A stretch of DNA of 64,000 nucleotides, taken from the NCBI RefSeq assembly GCF_040938485.1, contig NW_027270961.1:2728001-2792000 (forward strand), given 5' to 3'. Each line of letters starts with the position of its first letter. Position 1 is the stretch's first letter. Origin of the DNA: Diadema antillarum. Taxonomy: Eukaryota. This document shows positions 60,701 through 64,000 of the stretch, in pieces. The notes beneath the pieces are model-generated. The model saw only the letters and a list, made by a program, of their open reading frames with translations. It made no database searches and was not told the DNA's origin. Made by a program: the position numbers and the translations under genes.

Positions 60701-63173
60701 ACAAGGTATAGTAGTTCAAATTATCTTCTGAAATTTCCTTGTATTAGTACAAGGAATAATAGCCTTTACTAATTTCTGATGTGAATGCAATATTATATGA
60801 ACTTACATGGTACCTTATAAATGTGAATCGGGAATCAGTATTGCTAGTTATCCACTGCCATCGTGGGAGATGACGTGATCTGATATCAGTCATGATCCTC
60901 TCAAGTACCATCACGATTCATTAGAACCTCAAGTTATCCATTTTTTTTTTCACATGGCTGACACGACCTTCTTCCACGGACCTTCCTATATCTCATCATA
61001 TGCCCAAGAAATAATTTGATGGCATCATTTCATATCGCGATCACTACTTCTTATCATTGCTATCACTATGGTCATTAGCATTACGATTTTGAATTTCATC
61101 ATCATCATCATCGTCATCATCGTCATCATCATCATGGTTGATATGTCTTTATCATTTCCAGATGACTCACCTGTTGTATGGTCGCGGTTGCCATCAAACA
61201 TCGATATCTTAATAAGTCTTTGTCATTTGCAATTGTATTATAATGTCATTGTCCTTTTTTTCGAAAAAAAAACCCACCAAAATACAGCAATGATACAAGA
61301 AGCTACAGAATCGCAAATGTCATATCCATTCCCGATACTATATCACTTTATTTACATGCAGCGCTTTATGCGAAGTACTAGTACCAAGTCCCTGATGCGA
61401 TGTGGTGAATTCCGCTACGATGGACTATGGGGGATTTTACGGCAGAAGTCCTGGTGCTCCACGGAGCTCCAGGGCGATGAGACGATGCGACTTCGTGCCT
61501 CTCGAGGTCGTCGGTCAACTTTCCCCAGCTCGAAGATCCTCGTCGTCGATATCAATTACTGGTCTCTCCAGCGAGGTTAGACGAGAAAAGTTTCGTCAAC
61601 AGCGTTGTTGAGCACATTTTACGGCTCTTTAAAAGCTCTATAGGCGATAGGGTATCTTTTGGCTATGTATCTCCTTGGTGAAGACATGACCGATGTGATG
61701 CCATGAGATTCGAGCTCCCTACACCTGCCGTCAGCCTCATCCGGCTCTGGTTTGGAGTTTCTCTTTCTCATTTCCTACAGGATCTCGTCAGGAAACCAGA
61801 CAGCTACTGAAAACAAACATTGAGACTCTTTCTAAGGTTGACTGAATTCCCTCTTTATTCAATTGATTGTTTGTTTGCTTTCTGGTAGACTTTGAAGGAT
61901 GTTATTTTGGCTTTTTTTTCAGAAAGCGGCCAAAATAAGACGTACCACTCTCCTGTATTCAAGGATGCGTGAAGGGGGTACAAAAATCATACTTTTGTGC
62001 AATTTGGTGATTGCTATGACACTATGAGTGTGAAGAGCGATTGGTAGCCTCGGTGCGTAGAAGACACAACTTTTCCGCTGTAATATTTGTAACATCTTGG
62101 CAGGGACCGCCTGTGTATAAGTTGATTCTAAAGTTAGTTTTGACCATGCGATGTGTTGTTAGAATTTGACAGTATAAAGTCACAAAGCGAGATAGCCTTA
62201 TGATTAAATGCCCTCAGTCATGATGTCTGGCAGTAGAGTTATATCCCTTTTTAATCTGTACATAAAACATATTTCATCCTTTACGATGAGAAAGTTTAAG
62301 TTTCCATGCACTTGACATGACGAACGTATTGAGTATGCAGAAGCTGTCAGGAGACAAAAAAAAAAGACGTTTAGTTCACAAAAACAAGTTTCCAACTTTA
62401 CTTCATCTGAAAATTCATGAATACCATGAACTCAATGTTGCGACCTTTCTTGCATTAATCATCATATCGCACGTACGGTGAGACAAAAGGTGCCTGACCC
62501 CGAGGATTATGTCATTGAGTGATATTTTAAGTAGAACAAAAATAGCTGTGAGGTGCAATTAGACGTAATTGCCTAACTCAATTATGCATTCAAATGCTAT
62601 GCAACACTAGAACCTTATTTACCGACATGATTTTCCCTCAGGACACATTCACACAAACTAGGTTAATAAGTAGGTCAAAATGGTGTTATTTCTTTGTTAT
62701 GCCAAATCATTTGCCAGGTATTATCATTGAAAGAGCGACACATCTTCGGCACTGTTTGGAGTTATCCCTGCAGTCTTTGTATCGTTCTGATTTTCTTCAG
62801 GTCGTGTTAGATGTGCACTCAAAACAATCGTCAAAAATAGACAAACTAAGGAGATCAAGGCAGTTGTTTTGATGGTCTTTGTGTTGAAATAGTATCATGG
62901 CATACTTTTCTTTTCTGCTTCCCTTTTCCTCTGTTCGACCAAATAAGCTCGTTTGTTGTTCGTTATTTGGTGCGGCAGGGGATATCAAATATGGTGATGA
63001 ATCCATATTACATGGGGTTTCTCATCAGAGTCACGAACGGATGAGTATTTTAGGGATGAATCCATAGACGGGGGATAACCAACATATATCATCTTCAGGT
63101 CTTATTGTAATGTTATGGCTATTACAGTTGAATTCACTACCCCAGAATTCATTCAAAAGTGCACCCAGTAACT

Positions 63174-63400
63174 ACCGATGTGTTGGCTCAGTGAGTAGAG
63201 CGGCTGCCCTCACAATCGGGAGGTCGTGGGTTCAAACCCCGGCCGCGTCATACCAAAAGACGTTAAAAGATGGGAGTTGCTGCTACCTGTTTGCCGTTCA
63301 ACAGTTGAAAAGGTTAGAGCAACGTCGATCTGGCACTGCTCAGTGGCTGCCGGGCCCACGATCAATTGGGCAAAAAGAATTTCCATTCTCGAACAATAAA
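63174..63400 (+). mobile_element. tRNA-derived SINE with V-domain-like body
   Basis: A-box GGCTCAGTGAGTAGAGCG (63185-63202) and B-box GGGTTCAAACCC (63228-63239) are followed by GTCATACCAAAAGACGTTAAAAGATGGGAGTTGCTGCTACCTGTTTGCCGTTCAACA. This resembles from memory the V-SINE central domain (GTCATACCAAAGACTATAAAAATGG..). The element ends near AATAAAAT. Confidence 0.7.
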
Positions 63401-63407
63401 ATTTGGA

Positions 63408-63563
63408 NNNNNNNNNNNNNNNNNNNNNNNNNNNNNNNNNNNNNNNNNNNNNNNNNNNNNNNNNNNNNNNNNNNNNNNNNNNNNNNNNNNNNNNNNNNNN
63501 NNNNNNNNNNNNNNNNNNNNNNNNNNNNNNNNNNNNNNNNNNNNNNNNNNNNNNNNNNNNNNN
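63408..63563. other. Assembly gap (N run)
   Basis: N characters. Confidence 1.
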
Positions 63564-64000
63564 TGGTGCCACGGACTGGAAAATGACCATACCAGGCATT
63601 TGTGTCTTGCGAGTGAAATGAAGTATAGGGAAGGAAAACGTCCTCGAAAAAAGACTAAATCTGTGGAAACCGGAAGAGCACGGCGAACTAGAATCATCGG
63701 TGGGTTTGCTTTTTTTTTCAAATTATTTTACACACCTGTCACCTTTTGAATTACCATATGATCAGTCAGAAGCGAAATTATAGCCCGATGTTTAAGCTGT
63801 TTATTGAATAAAAACATCGCTACAACTTTTTTCCCCTTGAGATTGGGCAGTTATTCTCATTACACTTGATTAAACCTCGTTTGTTTGGTGTTTTTCCCTC
63901 CTTTGAAGAACAAACTCACCGAACTATTACGTGCCAACCATACCAATCTCGTTACAACTATACACGACAAAAGGCAAAGTTTATCGTGAAGTCAAGAGTT

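Noticed and set aside
41133-63400. tRNA genes at 41.1 kb and 63.2 kb
   Set aside because: Only A and B boxes are present. No cloverleaf or acceptor stem closes, and both run into SINE bodies.

Overview
AT-rich (by eye) animal genomic DNA, most likely a sea urchin or other marine deuterostome. That assignment is an inference from the repeat families, microsatellites and poly-G runs. There are three assembly gaps, and no prokaryotic-style operon, CRISPR array, rRNA or true tRNA. The only recognisable host coding sequence is a minus-strand exon at 2954-3115 encoding the N-terminus of an amidase-signature enzyme of the Sulfolobus/Rhodococcus type; the rest of that gene probably lies left of the window. 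Most other ORF-track entries are microsatellite or chance frames. The window is dominated by transposons, many resolvable to exact TIRs and target-site duplications. The standout structure is a nested stack at 28866-38212. An Academ-type MITE (TAG..CTA ends, 3-bp TSD, intact sister copy at 15636-16719) is split by an 8.26-kb CAC-ended EnSpm/CMC-type element (TA TSD). That element holds a 2.2-kb Kolobok derivative (TTAA TSD, frameshifted KolX/P2X7-ballast-like first exon), a BEL/Pao gag-like fragment and a Helentron-type end. Also present are four Kolobok-type MITEs, a Tc1/mariner MITE, an EnSpm-type MITE, LINE fragments, two tRNA-derived SINEs, several long hairpins (some flanked by direct repeats), orphan promoter-like CpG patches and several unassigned exon-like segments.
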